From Akkermansiaceae bacterium (lineage in GTDB: Bacteria > Verrucomicrobiota > Verrucomicrobiia > Verrucomicrobiales > Akkermansiaceae): 64,000 bases of DNA. Under the pieces are notes generated by a model that saw nothing but the letters and a program-made list of their open reading frames with translations, did no database searches and was not told the origin of the DNA. Shown in pieces: positions 29,342-39,250 of this stretch. The DNA lies in the NCBI GenBank assembly GCA_051251915.1, contig JBPOGF010000015.1, forward strand, positions 1 through 64,000. Direction: 5' to 3'. How positions within the stretch are numbered: the stretch's first letter is position 1; every line of letters begins with the position of its first letter. The position numbers were made by a program, and so were the translations under genes.

Positions 29342-30742
29342 ATGCAGGTAACGGATGAAATACTTCCTCAGGCAGAATGGTCGCGCCAACACGCGGCACA
29401 TTTACTTAAACGCGCCTCGTTTTCAGGAAGTGCTGTTGAAATTGAGGAGTGTTATCATTTAGGTCTAAGGGCATCAGTGAATCTCATTTTAGCGGGTCGT
29501 CAGCCTGGGACAACATCACCACCTATTCGTAGCTGGATCTCTCCAAGATTTCTCACCGAGATACCGAGCTTGCCCAATGAGATACATGATTCAGATAAGA
29601 ACGAAGACACCCCGCAGTATAAGCATCAACAAAAGTTATTCTCTCTTCAAGTAGAATGGCTGCAGCGTATGTTAGATGGTGGAGGTCCGTTAGAGAAGAT
29701 GGTTTTATTCTGGCACGGAATGCTGACTAGTTCTTATACGAAGGTTGAGTCGGCAGGGTTTATGGTCAGGCAGAACCAGTTGTTTAGAGAAGTTGCATTT
29801 GGTGATTACAAGACACTCGTAAAACGCGTTCTGTTAGATCCTGCAATGGTTGTCTATCTTGACATCGATAAAAATAAACGGTCAAATCCGAACGAGAATT
29901 TCGCCCGTGAACTGTTAGAAATGTTTACTCTGGGCGAAGGGAATTATTCCTCATCATTGATCAAAGAAATTGCTCGTGAAATAGTAGGATTAAAATTGAA
30001 ACGCAGAGAAGACAAACTTCCATATGATCAAACTGACTTAAAGGGGATGGAAGAAAACTCAGGGTTTACGGATCAGGAAAAGCGTTTATCAAAGCTTATC
30101 GACTCTATATTTGATTTACCAGTCTGTGGTGAACTACTTGTGAGGAGGTTGTGGAAATTTTATGTTAGTGAAGAGTCCGTAGATGAAGATAAAGTGAAAT
30201 TTCTTGCCTATGAGCTTAGAAAATCTAACTGGCAGGTGACGACTGTCTTAGAGAAAATTTTCCTAAGTAGGGATTTTTATGATCAGTCTATGAGAGGTCA
30301 ACAGATAAAGTCTCCTGTGCAATTTGTGATCCAAGCACACAAGGAAGTAGGATTACTGACCATAGACAAACAAGCTGCTTACTATGCGATGCAAAAGCTA
30401 GGACAGTCACTCTTCAATCCACCGAATGTCTCTGGTTGGTCCGCGGGGGCTACTTGGATCAATGGCACGACTCTCTCTGCAAGGTATGAGCTTTCAAAGA
30501 TCCTAAATGGGGTGATGAAACGTCAAAAAAGTGCGGGCGCAGCACATAAGAGATTTTACAAGCTGATAGAGAATGACCAAAATCGTGGGTTATTTGAGAT
30601 GGTGGATCATTTCCTCGCAACCTCATTACCTCTAGTGAAAGCTGAAATGTTCGTAGCCATGGCGGATCGCGTGAAAACGGAGGATCATGTAGGAATCTTT
30701 ATTCTCTACCTGATGTGTATGCCAGAATATCAAATGTGTTAG
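29342..30742 (+). CDS. DUF1800 family protein
   Basis: AAHLLKRA.F, EKMVLFWH, DPAMVVYLD, PNENFARELLEMFTLG, PPNVSGW, PEYQ. Confidence 0.92.
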   Translation: MQVTDEILPQAEWSRQHAAHLLKRASFSGSAVEIEECYHLGLRASVNLILAGRQPGTTSPPIRSWISPRFLTEIPSLPNEIHDSDKNEDTPQYKHQQKLFSLQVEWLQRMLDGGGPLEKMVLFWHGMLTSSYTKVESAGFMVRQNQLFREVAFGDYKTLVKRVLLDPAMVVYLDIDKNKRSNPNENFARELLEMFTLGEGNYSSSLIKEIAREIVGLKLKRREDKLPYDQTDLKGMEENSGFTDQEKRLSKLIDSIFDLPVCGELLVRRLWKFYVSEESVDEDKVKFLAYELRKSNWQVTTVLEKIFLSRDFYDQSMRGQQIKSPVQFVIQAHKEVGLLTIDKQAAYYAMQKLGQSLFNPPNVSGWSAGATWINGTTLSARYELSKILNGVMKRQKSAGAAHKRFYKLIENDQNRGLFEMVDHFLATSLPLVKAEMFVAMADRVKTEDHVGIFILYLMCMPEYQMC

Positions 30743-30754
30743 AAATTGAATCCC

Positions 30755-32038
30755 ATGAGTTTAGAAAATGAAATAGCCCGTAGAGAATTTATCAAGACTG
30801 GATTGTTAGCATCAATCAGTTTGCCGGGATTATTGAATTACTCAGCTATGGCTGCGCCGCTGCCGCGTATCACAGCTAGGCACAAGACGCTGGTAATTAT
30901 CCAACTGGATGGAGGTAATGATGGACTGAATACCGTAGTCCCTTGGGGAAATGATAGATATTATCGGGCACGCAGAAATCTAGCCATTAAGGAACCCGAT
31001 GTCTTGAAGCTTGAGGGAGTAAAGGCAGCTGAGGGGCTCGGAATGCACACACAGATGGATTATTTTGTGGAGCTATTCCAAGAAGGGAATCTCGCAGTGA
31101 TTAATAACGTGGGCTACGAGAAGCCGAACCGGTCACATTTTAAATCTGGAGCGATATGGCAGTCCGGTTTGGAGGATGCGATCATGGGAAGCGAAGATGA
31201 GATCAAGGGCCAGACAGGTTGGCTGGGGAGATATTTTGATAAGCATTGTGCGGGGGAGAGTAATCTAGTGGGAGCTTACTATGGTAATAGTCCTTTAGCG
31301 ATGCGAGGACATGCATTCAGTGGAACTAGTATAAGTGATCTTCAGAGTCAGCCGTTTGGCTTTATGAAGCTTGGTGATGAAATGGCTCTGCATCCTGCCT
31401 TCAGGAAGATGCAAGCTATCGATAAGAATACGAATACTGTATCTGGTGATAAATTAAGCTTTGTCAGGAACGTGGCTGCAGAAACACAAACATCGACCGA
31501 TCAGATGCGTAAATTTCTAGCTGAAATCAAAGAGCGAGGCGGCGGATTCCCTCAAACAGGCCTAGGCAGGCAGTTAGGGATGATTTCTGAGCTCATCATT
31601 AATGGTGGAGACACTAGGGTGTATTTAGCTAAGATTGGAGGCTTTGACACGCACTCATTGCAGGCTTCTAAGCATGCTAGGCTCTGGAAGGAAATCAATG
31701 ATGCTCTACGTGCATTCATGGGGAGGATGAAGAACTCAGGTTTGGCTAAAGATGTCGCGGTCATGACATACTCAGAATTTGGCCGTCAGCTGAATGAAAA
31801 CGGTACAGGGGGCACGGATCACGGTGCTGCTGCTCCTATGTTTGTGATTGGTGGTGGGGTCAGGGGAGGGATCTTCGGGAAGCCTCCTACACTCAAAGGT
31901 GATCAGATTACAAATTATGGAGGACTTTCCTATGAGGTGGATTTTAGATCTGTTTATAAGTCTATTCTTGAACAATACTTGAAAGTGGAAACGACGGGAA
32001 TCCTTTCAGATAAATATGAGAGCCTGAAGTTATTTTAA
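30755..32038 (+). CDS. DUF1501 family protein, Tat-exported
   Basis: RREFIK twin-arginine motif; LDGGNDGLNTVVP, PNRSHF, GGFDTH, SEFGR...NG..GTDHG. Confidence 0.93.
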   Translation: MSLENEIARREFIKTGLLASISLPGLLNYSAMAAPLPRITARHKTLVIIQLDGGNDGLNTVVPWGNDRYYRARRNLAIKEPDVLKLEGVKAAEGLGMHTQMDYFVELFQEGNLAVINNVGYEKPNRSHFKSGAIWQSGLEDAIMGSEDEIKGQTGWLGRYFDKHCAGESNLVGAYYGNSPLAMRGHAFSGTSISDLQSQPFGFMKLGDEMALHPAFRKMQAIDKNTNTVSGDKLSFVRNVAAETQTSTDQMRKFLAEIKERGGGFPQTGLGRQLGMISELIINGGDTRVYLAKIGGFDTHSLQASKHARLWKEINDALRAFMGRMKNSGLAKDVAVMTYSEFGRQLNENGTGGTDHGAAAPMFVIGGGVRGGIFGKPPTLKGDQITNYGGLSYEVDFRSVYKSILEQYLKVETTGILSDKYESLKLF

Positions 32039-32065
32039 ATGGTAATCTAGGTAATCTTGCCCAAG

Positions 32066-32099
32066 AAAAAAAACGTAGCCTAATAAAAGGCTACGTTTT
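32066..32099. terminator. bidirectional intrinsic terminator (rpmB / DUF1501 gene)
   Basis: AAAACGTAGCCT-AATAAA-AGGCTACGTTTT with an 8-A tract on the + strand. Confidence 0.85.
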
Positions 32100-32127
32100 G
32101 AAATCTTGATTTAGAAAATCTAAAAGC

Positions 32128-32394
32128 TTACTTGATAATGCCAGCTTTCTTAAGAGTGACGTATGCGCCATTCTTATTGATTGTCTTGAGAGCCTTCGCG
32201 CTAAGCTTGACTTTCACTGTACGTCCTAGTTCAGGGACGAAGATGTTTTTAGTGTGAAGGTTTGGTGTTACCTTACGCTTCACTGTCTTAGTTACGTGGC
32301 GTCCAATACCACCCTTTTTCTTTGCAAGACCTGAACGGTGAATCTTGCGTCCTACGCGGACCTTGGAACCTCTAATGCTACATACTCTTGCCAT
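32128..32394 (-). CDS. rpmB: 50S ribosomal protein L28
   Basis: MARVC...G, KRKVTPNL, VKVKLSAKALKTINKNG. Confidence 0.95.
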   Translation of the reverse strand: MARVCSIRGSKVRVGRKIHRSGLAKKKGGIGRHVTKTVKRKVTPNLHTKNIFVPELGRTVKVKLSAKALKTINKNGAYVTLKKAGIIK

Positions 32395-32512
32395 ATCTAT
32401 AAAATTGTTTGTTTAGTTGTGGGGGCGAAGAAATACAGCAACAGAGAGAAAGGTCAAGGGGATTCCGCCATTTAATGACATTTTTTTTAACTTTAGTTAG
32501 ATACTTTTAAGA

Positions 32513-33106
32513 TTACTTAGGTAAATCGGTCGCTTTCTGCCACTTAACGCTTACGTTCCAGCCCACCTTGAGGTAGAGCATTTGGATGTTCAGCTTGGCT
32601 TGCTTTTGTGCATTTTCGATAATTTCAGGTCGATTTGCAGCTTTTTCGACCACTGCTTGAGCTTCTTGCATCGCATCATCTACTATTTTAGCCCTATTCT
32701 TAGGATTTCTCAGCAGAGCAAATCTAACTCCTTTAATTCCACCGTGAAGTGTTCGCTCATGATCCACGCGTGCGGAAACTACTTTGGGCATTGGCAGGGT
32801 GATGGAGGCAGTTTTTGCTTCTTCGTCTTTATCTGAGATAGTAGCTTGCGAGAGGTCGATGGTGATTAGAGCGTCACCGTTGATAGCCCAGAGACCTTCG
32901 TAGTCTTTATTTGACCCTTTGAGGATGTCCGAGACATAGACGCGGTTGGTGACGAGTTCAGAAAGGGTTTCAATCTCTTCAACGGTGGGAGCCATGCTCA
33001 CAACGGTTGAGTTCTGCTCATCAATAAAATTTTTCTTTACCCACAATCCACATACAGCGAGGACCGCGATGAGGGTGAGAGGGAGGATAAGACGAATGAA
33101 TGACAT
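32513..33106 (-). CDS. DUF4230-like membrane-anchored protein
   Basis: N-terminal TM; LSELVT, IDLS, ITLPMPKV, A.KQA. Confidence 0.7.
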   Translation of the reverse strand: MSFIRLILPLTLIAVLAVCGLWVKKNFIDEQNSTVVSMAPTVEEIETLSELVTNRVYVSDILKGSNKDYEGLWAINGDALITIDLSQATISDKDEEAKTASITLPMPKVVSARVDHERTLHGGIKGVRFALLRNPKNRAKIVDDAMQEAQAVVEKAANRPEIIENAQKQAKLNIQMLYLKVGWNVSVKWQKATDLPK

Positions 33107-33117
33107 GAGCAGAGTGA

Positions 33118-33333
33118 TTACTTCGTGTTTTTATAGTCAGTCCGCATGCTTTCCCAGGTAGTGGGGTCTGCGCTTTTGTTTAAATAAGCTAGAGTGCCAA
33201 ACGCAGAAGCTCCTGCAGCAATAATGAAAACAGCCACTTTCTTCTTACGCGAGTTTTTAGCTCCAACATAACGTTTGTTGGGACTAGGCGGTGAAGCTTG
33301 GGAGGTTGAGTTAGGTTCAGTTTCGGTGTCCAT
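33118..33333 (-). CDS. small single-TM hypothetical protein
   Basis: 71 aa, one TM, preceded by a promoter-like TTGTCT-17-TAGATT. Confidence 0.6.
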   Translation of the reverse strand: MDTETEPNSTSQASPPSPNKRYVGAKNSRKKKVAVFIIAAGASAFGTLAYLNKSADPTTWESMRTDYKNTK

Positions 33334-33342
33334 TCTGCCAAC

Positions 33343-33371
33343 AATCTACTCTGATAAATCAAAATAGACAA
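33343..33371 (-). promoter_or_regulatory. putative sigma70 promoter
   Basis: TTGTCT-17 bp-TAGATT, 9 nt before ATG 33333. Confidence 0.5.
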
Positions 33372-33401
33372 ATTTTATATCGCGTTGACAAAAACTTACC
33401 T

Positions 33402-34496
33402 CTAGCCGGATGCATTCGCTAATGCGGCTGATGCTGTAGGTAGGAAACTTTTGAATCTGTTTTTATCAATGGCTTTCATGTAGGCCTCTTCAGGACTTAC
33501 AATTCCTTTCTGGAGCAACGCCCAGATAGCTTCATCCATAAATTGCATTCCCAAATCAGCACCTTGCGTAATAACGTCGTTGAGTTTCTGAGTTTTACCT
33601 TCACGAATAATCGCAGCTACAGCCGGTGTCGTGAACATGATTTCATTCACAGCAACTCGACCGACTTTATCACAACGCTTCATGAGTAGCTGAGCGAGGA
33701 CTCCCTGAATCGAAGCTGCTAACATAGTGCGCACCTGAGCCTGCTGATCCGCAGGGAATACATCAATAATACGGTCAATGGTCTTTACCGCGTTGTTGGT
33801 GTGGAGTGTGCCGAATACTAACATTCCAGTCTCAGCTGCAGTTAGCGCGAGTGAAATGGTCTCCAGGTCTCGCATCTCACCAACCAGAACGATCTCAGCA
33901 TCTTCACGAAGTGATGCACGAAGACCATCTGCGAACGAGGCACAGTGTGCTGGAACTTCGCGCTGAGTGATGACACATTTTTTGTTCCTGTGAACGAATT
34001 CGATAGGTTCCTCAACAGTGATGATGTGTTTGCTGAAGTTATCATTAATGTAGTCAATAATGGCAGCAAGAGTGGTAGATTTACCAGACCCTGTTGGTCC
34101 TGTAACTAGCACTAGTCCAGCGCGGATCGCTGCGAAATTCTTTACTACTTCAGGAATACCAAGCTGCTCGATGGTTGCAATTTCAGTAGGGATAAGTCTG
34201 AAAATAGCACCCAATCCGAATTGTTGTTTAAAGAAGTTACAACGGAAACGGGAATCGATATTCATCTCGTATGCGAAATCGAGATCTCCTTCTTCAAGGA
34301 ACTTTTCGTATGATTTCTCTTCACAAATTCCCATCAGATATTGATTGATTGTTTCGTGATCCATAACTGGCTCACCTTCGATGGCTGAAACTCCACCATG
34401 GACACGCATTTTCGGCGGGTAGCCTTCGGTGAGGTGAAGATCTGAGCCGCCTTGGTCGATGAGGATTTGAAAGAGTCTGTCGATGCTATTAGACAT
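33402..34496 (-). CDS. pilT: PilT/PilU family twitching motility ATPase
   Basis: GSDLHL, GPTGSGKSTTLAA, EPIEFVH, VGEMRDLETI, GTLHT. Confidence 0.9.
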   Translation of the reverse strand: MSNSIDRLFQILIDQGGSDLHLTEGYPPKMRVHGGVSAIEGEPVMDHETINQYLMGICEEKSYEKFLEEGDLDFAYEMNIDSRFRCNFFKQQFGLGAIFRLIPTEIATIEQLGIPEVVKNFAAIRAGLVLVTGPTGSGKSTTLAAIIDYINDNFSKHIITVEEPIEFVHRNKKCVITQREVPAHCASFADGLRASLREDAEIVLVGEMRDLETISLALTAAETGMLVFGTLHTNNAVKTIDRIIDVFPADQQAQVRTMLAASIQGVLAQLLMKRCDKVGRVAVNEIMFTTPAVAAIIREGKTQKLNDVITQGADLGMQFMDEAIWALLQKGIVSPEEAYMKAIDKNRFKSFLPTASAALANASG

Positions 34497-34532
34497 AAGA
34501 TATAAGTATTAAATGATTATTAGAAATGGAAA

Positions 34533-35615
34533 TTATGATTTGAGGAATTCTCTCATGACAGTTCTGTCTTCACAGCGATGAAGAGCAGATTCTGCTGTGA
34601 TTTGCCCAGATATGTAGAGATCTCTGAGTGAGTCATCCATTGTAGTCATACCTATGGTTTTACCAGTTTGCATGATGCCAGGTAGCATGAATGTTTTACC
34701 ATCACGGATAGTGGCTCCTACAGCAGGAGTGTTGACTAGGACTTCTAGGGCCAGACAACGCCCATTGCCGTCTGCATTAGGGACAAGTTGCTGAGAAATG
34801 ATTCCACGGAGTGATTCCGCGACCATGACTCGGATCTGTCCACGCTGATCAATAGGAAATACGTCAAGAATACGATCGAGTGTTCGAGGTGCATTTCCTG
34901 TATGGAGCGTTCCTAGAACGAGGTGACCGGTTTCCGCTGCGGTGATGGCAAGCTGAATGGTCTCAAGGTTTCTCATTTCACCCACCACGATGATATCTGG
35001 ATCTTCACGCAGAGCTGCACGTAGCGCACGCGGGAATGATTCTGAATGCGGTCCAATTTCACGTTGATTCATATGGCAACCTTGTGGAGTATGTACGAAT
35101 TCGATAGGATCTTCAAGGCAGAGAATATGGTCACGTCTGTCTTTGTTGATAAAGTCTACTAAAGCAGCAAGAGTGGTGGATTTACCAGAACCCACGGAAC
35201 CAGTGATGAGGATAAGACCGTTGTGGTATCTGGTGAGAGGGACTAGAAATTCTTCAGGAAGCTTGAGGTCCTGCATGGTGCGGATCTCTGTGCTAATGAT
35301 ACGGAAAACAATACCTTTACCAAGTCTGTGCTGCACTACTGAACAACGATAACGGGCAAATTGGTTCTCATAGGAGCAATCTGTGTCACCCACTTCCTTG
35401 AGTCTAGCCATGCCTTTATCATCGAGAAATGAAGCGATGAGCGTTTCCACCTGATCATTCGTGAGTGGTTCAGTGTCGTCCCAAATAGGCTGTAGATTTC
35501 CGTGTCTTCTCCATGCAGGAGGGAATCCAGTAGTGAGGTGGATATCTGAAGCTTCATATTCCACAGCCATCTGAAGATAGGTGTCGACGTGTTCGTAAAA
35601 GTGATTTTCTGCCAT
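34533..35615 (-). CDS. pilT: PilT/PilU family twitching motility ATPase (second paralogue)
   Basis: ASDIHL, GSVGSGKSTT, EDPIEF, ALREDPD, GHLVLGTLHT. Confidence 0.9.
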   Translation of the reverse strand: MAENHFYEHVDTYLQMAVEYEASDIHLTTGFPPAWRRHGNLQPIWDDTEPLTNDQVETLIASFLDDKGMARLKEVGDTDCSYENQFARYRCSVVQHRLGKGIVFRIISTEIRTMQDLKLPEEFLVPLTRYHNGLILITGSVGSGKSTTLAALVDFINKDRRDHILCLEDPIEFVHTPQGCHMNQREIGPHSESFPRALRAALREDPDIIVVGEMRNLETIQLAITAAETGHLVLGTLHTGNAPRTLDRILDVFPIDQRGQIRVMVAESLRGIISQQLVPNADGNGRCLALEVLVNTPAVGATIRDGKTFMLPGIMQTGKTIGMTTMDDSLRDLYISGQITAESALHRCEDRTVMREFLKS

Positions 35616-35732
35616 GTATAAGGTGATAAAATTTTAGACTACACACTAGAGACAATATTCTGACTCTTTTGGCACGCAAAAAATCACATTTCTTTCACAT
35701 GCTATGTATGCAAATTGATTATGGAATCAAGG

Positions 35733-38234
35733 CTATGGCAGTTTGACTTCATCGAGGTAAAACACTCCCGTTCCATGACTCGTTAAGCATCCATAGGTTG
35801 TTTCACCACTTGGGCCTTGCTCCGCTTGGAGAATAATCACAGGGTTAGAGTAGTCACAGCTTTCGAGGATGTTATTCTCTTTTAGCAGATAGGTGAAAAT
35901 GGGGAGTTGGAGAGGTAATAGTTTGCCTCTTCCCTCGAAATGGAAATACGCCTTACGCTGAGATACATCTTCTTTGGTGGCTGGGCGAGTGATTGCTGAT
36001 GGGGGAGCGAGGTAATATCTTCTGATGTGATCGCCATTTCCAAGATGAAGGGCATACTTTTCTGGGAGTTCTTTAATGGGGTGCGATTTAAGTGCCTGAT
36101 GAAGCTGATTCAATGCGGTGTCTCGATTTATTAAAAGTGGTGAGTATGGAGGAAGATCAAGAACGATGTCCTGGAGTCGCATAGCTGCAATATCACAGAT
36201 TCTTAGAGTAACTATTTCATTATTGTGAGGTTGCGTATTCAGCCAATCTATATCTTCATTATACTCCCACCCATAGTAGGAGTCGCCTGAAGTTAGAATG
36301 TTTCTGCCTTGAACCTGTATTGATTTTTTAGTGGCTGTCTTGTTGTCTAATTCATTGATCAGCATTTTGATCGCAAATAGATGATTTTTCCAATTAATGT
36401 GCTGTTCTTCTAAAAAGGAATCGTTTTTTCTGAATGGATTTTTATTGTCTAGCAACCCTTTTAGAATGTTTTTATAGTGCCGGTGAAGCTGGTGATTTTT
36501 CACCGTGATATTATTTAAAGCTAGTTCGCAGGAGGGATTGCGAATCTTAACTAATTTATTGATGATTGTTACTAGCTCACTATTACCGTAGAGCATTTCT
36601 CCTGAATCAAACTTCTGAGCGAAATCTTTGACCTGACTGGGGTCACCACAGGAATTGATCGTTGTGGCAATTAACAATTTAGGGAGTATTGAGGATTCTT
36701 TTTGATAAGCTTTGGCGAGTTCTGGGATAATGCGCGGGTCTCTGACCTTGGCTAAAGCGTTAAAGCAGTATATACGATTGTCTACTTCTTCAAAATCTCC
36801 GCGCTCTAGTAGTTCTTGAGCAAACAACCATATAGCTTCCGCTAGGGTGGGGTTGTTAAACCGATCCAATAGGGGGTGGGCTTCATGATTATTTACTGAT
36901 TTCAGGACAGCGTTACCAGTAGAAAAGGTGGTGCCGCTTGTGAACTCATAGTCAGACCATGCCAGTAGTTGAAGTGCATCAAGCCTGCGATCATCGCTAG
37001 CCTCTCGATCAGCGAGACGATTCATGAATCGCTGAGTACGTTCCGTTCTGCCATGCTTGCCCCAATAATTGCGGAGTTTTTTAACCAGTTCTTTTGTTTT
37101 CCCAGCTTCTTGGGATGTGAAGCTAGAACCAGTTGAAGCCGCCTCGAAGAGGGGTTCTTGAAGAATGCACATGATCGCCGTAAGGGCTGATTCTTTTACA
37201 GAAAGAATGGTGCGTGAATTATGGTGCAAACGCCAGTAATGAAATGAACGTGTGAGTCGATCATCAGATTCTAAACAATCAATCAGATCAGGAATAGCTG
37301 CATCTCCTAATTTGATCAGTTCATAGACTCTCCAATCACTAGCTAGATCCACTCCACCTGGCTGTCCATTCTGGATTTCATTTACTTGATCTAACTTAGA
37401 AATAAGAAATTTCATCCGTTTTTGACTCTCCCAGTTGGCCAACTCTTTAGGCATAGTTTCATGGGAAGCTTCTAGGATAGCATTTTCATTCTTTCTGCGT
37501 TGTAGGTCAGCAAGAAATCTTTCTCCATTCCCGAAACGTGTTAATGCCTCAGTATCTAATTTATTAAGTCGAATTAAAAGATCCAGAGCGATGTCGCTAC
37601 GGCAACGACTATGAGTTTCCACGGCTGTTCTATATAACGCCCAAGGTGAACTTCCTCCTAATTGTCCCAAGAAGTGGCGCCAAGGGTCGATCGGAGTATC
37701 GTCATTACGTAGATTGTTTTCTAAACCCGCTTTGTGGAAAGCGACCGTATGTTTCCAGTAGGTTCGCGCATCATCAATATTGCCGGTCCTATACAACATG
37801 ATAGCCGCTAAAGCTGGAGTAAGTTCTTGTTCACCAAAATTAAATGCAGACTCAAAGATCATGTCTTTTGTAATCTTTTTCTTTAACAGTAGTTCGAACC
37901 GTTGATTGCAGTGCTTCTTGAAATCAATTATTTCAAATTCCGTGCTATGGCTGGTGCTCCCATTTAAGAAATAAATGATTCCTCGCTTATCTCGCCAGCC
38001 ATAGCGCCAATGTGATTCTTGGTAGCCATGCGTTTCATAGCTCATCTCACAACGGATAAATTTACAGTCTTTAACTTGGGTAATATTGCCTGATAGATAC
38101 TTGCTTATTTCGATTAAACTATCAAGGTCTGAGGTGATCTCAGGTAGCACTAGTTTTTTATCGGCAGCATTGATTTGGGAGAGCGATACTAAGCACAACG
38201 AGATGATCACAAGTATCTTATTCATAATTATCAT
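35733..38234 (-). CDS. large exported helical (HEAT-like) hypothetical protein
   Basis: Signal-peptide-like MNKILVIISLCLVSLSQINA; helical content; start uncertain (38225, 38234 or 38261). Confidence 0.75.
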   Translation of the reverse strand: MIIMNKILVIISLCLVSLSQINAADKKLVLPEITSDLDSLIEISKYLSGNITQVKDCKFIRCEMSYETHGYQESHWRYGWRDKRGIIYFLNGSTSHSTEFEIIDFKKHCNQRFELLLKKKITKDMIFESAFNFGEQELTPALAAIMLYRTGNIDDARTYWKHTVAFHKAGLENNLRNDDTPIDPWRHFLGQLGGSSPWALYRTAVETHSRCRSDIALDLLIRLNKLDTEALTRFGNGERFLADLQRRKNENAILEASHETMPKELANWESQKRMKFLISKLDQVNEIQNGQPGGVDLASDWRVYELIKLGDAAIPDLIDCLESDDRLTRSFHYWRLHHNSRTILSVKESALTAIMCILQEPLFEAASTGSSFTSQEAGKTKELVKKLRNYWGKHGRTERTQRFMNRLADREASDDRRLDALQLLAWSDYEFTSGTTFSTGNAVLKSVNNHEAHPLLDRFNNPTLAEAIWLFAQELLERGDFEEVDNRIYCFNALAKVRDPRIIPELAKAYQKESSILPKLLIATTINSCGDPSQVKDFAQKFDSGEMLYGNSELVTIINKLVKIRNPSCELALNNITVKNHQLHRHYKNILKGLLDNKNPFRKNDSFLEEQHINWKNHLFAIKMLINELDNKTATKKSIQVQGRNILTSGDSYYGWEYNEDIDWLNTQPHNNEIVTLRICDIAAMRLQDIVLDLPPYSPLLINRDTALNQLHQALKSHPIKELPEKYALHLGNGDHIRRYYLAPPSAITRPATKEDVSQRKAYFHFEGRGKLLPLQLPIFTYLLKENNILESCDYSNPVIILQAEQGPSGETTYGCLTSHGTGVFYLDEVKLP

Positions 38235-38294
38235 CTTAGTCAGTCTATAAACCCTGTCCATCTCAATATCAAACTATGCAAGTGCTCGCAAACT

Positions 38295-38329
38295 AAAACA
38301 GCCGCAAGGATTTCTCCGAGCGGCTGTTT
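38295..38329 (-). terminator. intrinsic terminator after rplT
   Basis: AAACAGCCGC...GCGGCTGTTT inverted repeat about 40 bp after the rplT stop. Confidence 0.75.
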
Positions 38330-38368
38330 GTTAAGTATTGTTTTTATTGTCTATACTAGACTGCTTAG

Positions 38369-38740
38369 TTACGCTGCGTTTTTCTTAGCAAGCGCGTCTT
38401 TTGCGAGTTCTACGACTGCGTTGAATGCAGAAATATCGTTGACCGCGAGGTCTGCGAGAATCTTACGATCCACATCGATGTTAGCTGCTTTCACGCCTTC
38501 CATGAAGCGAGAGTAAGTGATCTCCTGTGCACGAGATGCAGCGGAAATACGCTGAATCCAGAGGCGGCGGAATTGTCCCTTACGCTTTTTGCGGTCACGG
38601 TATTCGTACTGACGTGCTTTGATAACAGCGTCTTTCGCGTAGCGGTATAGCTTTGAACGGAAACCACGGAAACCCTTCGCACGGAGAAGTACTCTCTTGC
38701 GGCGAGCGCGTGATGCCGGACTGTTTGTTGCTCTTGGCAT
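38369..38740 (-). CDS. rplT: 50S ribosomal protein L20
   Basis: AKGFRG.RS, YRDRKKRKGQFRRLWIQRI, DRKILADLA. Confidence 0.98.
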   Translation of the reverse strand: MPRATNSPASRARRKRVLLRAKGFRGFRSKLYRYAKDAVIKARQYEYRDRKKRKGQFRRLWIQRISAASRAQEITYSRFMEGVKAANIDVDRKILADLAVNDISAFNAVVELAKDALAKKNAA

Positions 38741-38915
38741 TGTTCTATTTTTCTTTAACAGACTGTTTTATTCCTATCTCCCACAGTCTCGTCCGTTATT
38801 ATTCCAGCTATGCTGAAAAGGCTGTGTAGAGTCTACTCGAATTGCGAGTAGGGGTGCTTGGTCAGTGTGTCGCCTAGCTTTTCATTGTTACTGCATTAGT
38901 AAACTACAAATGAGC
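38741..38915 (-). ncRNA. candidate structured cis-regulatory RNA in the rpmI-rplT spacer
   Basis: 175-nt spacer with nested and alternative stems (see findings). Confidence 0.35.
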
Positions 38916-39125
38916 CTAGTGGAAAGGAAGTGATTCCTTAATTCTTGGTGCATCTGCTGCTGATGCAAGACATGCTTTCCCGAGGGAACGCTTACGCTTT
39001 GAACTCTTCTTTTGAAGAAGGTGGCGTTTGCCTTGCTTGCGGCGGAGTAGTTTACCAGTACCAGTTACTTTGAAACGCTTTGCTACTGACTTACGTGTCT
39101 TGGCTTTACCTGATTTTCTGGCCAT
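38916..39125 (-). CDS. rpmI: 50S ribosomal protein L35
   Basis: KTRKSVAKRFKVTGTGK, HLLQKKSSKRKR. Confidence 0.97.
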   Translation of the reverse strand: MARKSGKAKTRKSVAKRFKVTGTGKLLRRKQGKRHLLQKKSSKRKRSLGKACLASAADAPRIKESLPFH

Positions 39126-39134
39126 GGAAAGCGG

Positions 39135-39162
39135 AAGCTAGACAGATAAGGCTATTAATCAA
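39135..39162 (-). promoter_or_regulatory. putative rpmI promoter
   Basis: TTGATT-16 bp-TAGCTT, 9 nt before the ATG. Confidence 0.45.
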
Positions 39163-39250
39163 GACAAATATCACTCTTTTAGATAAATTAATCATTTTTT
39201 TTGAGAATTGAGTTGTGAACTGGCGATTCAACGTGTTGCCTACATCAACT

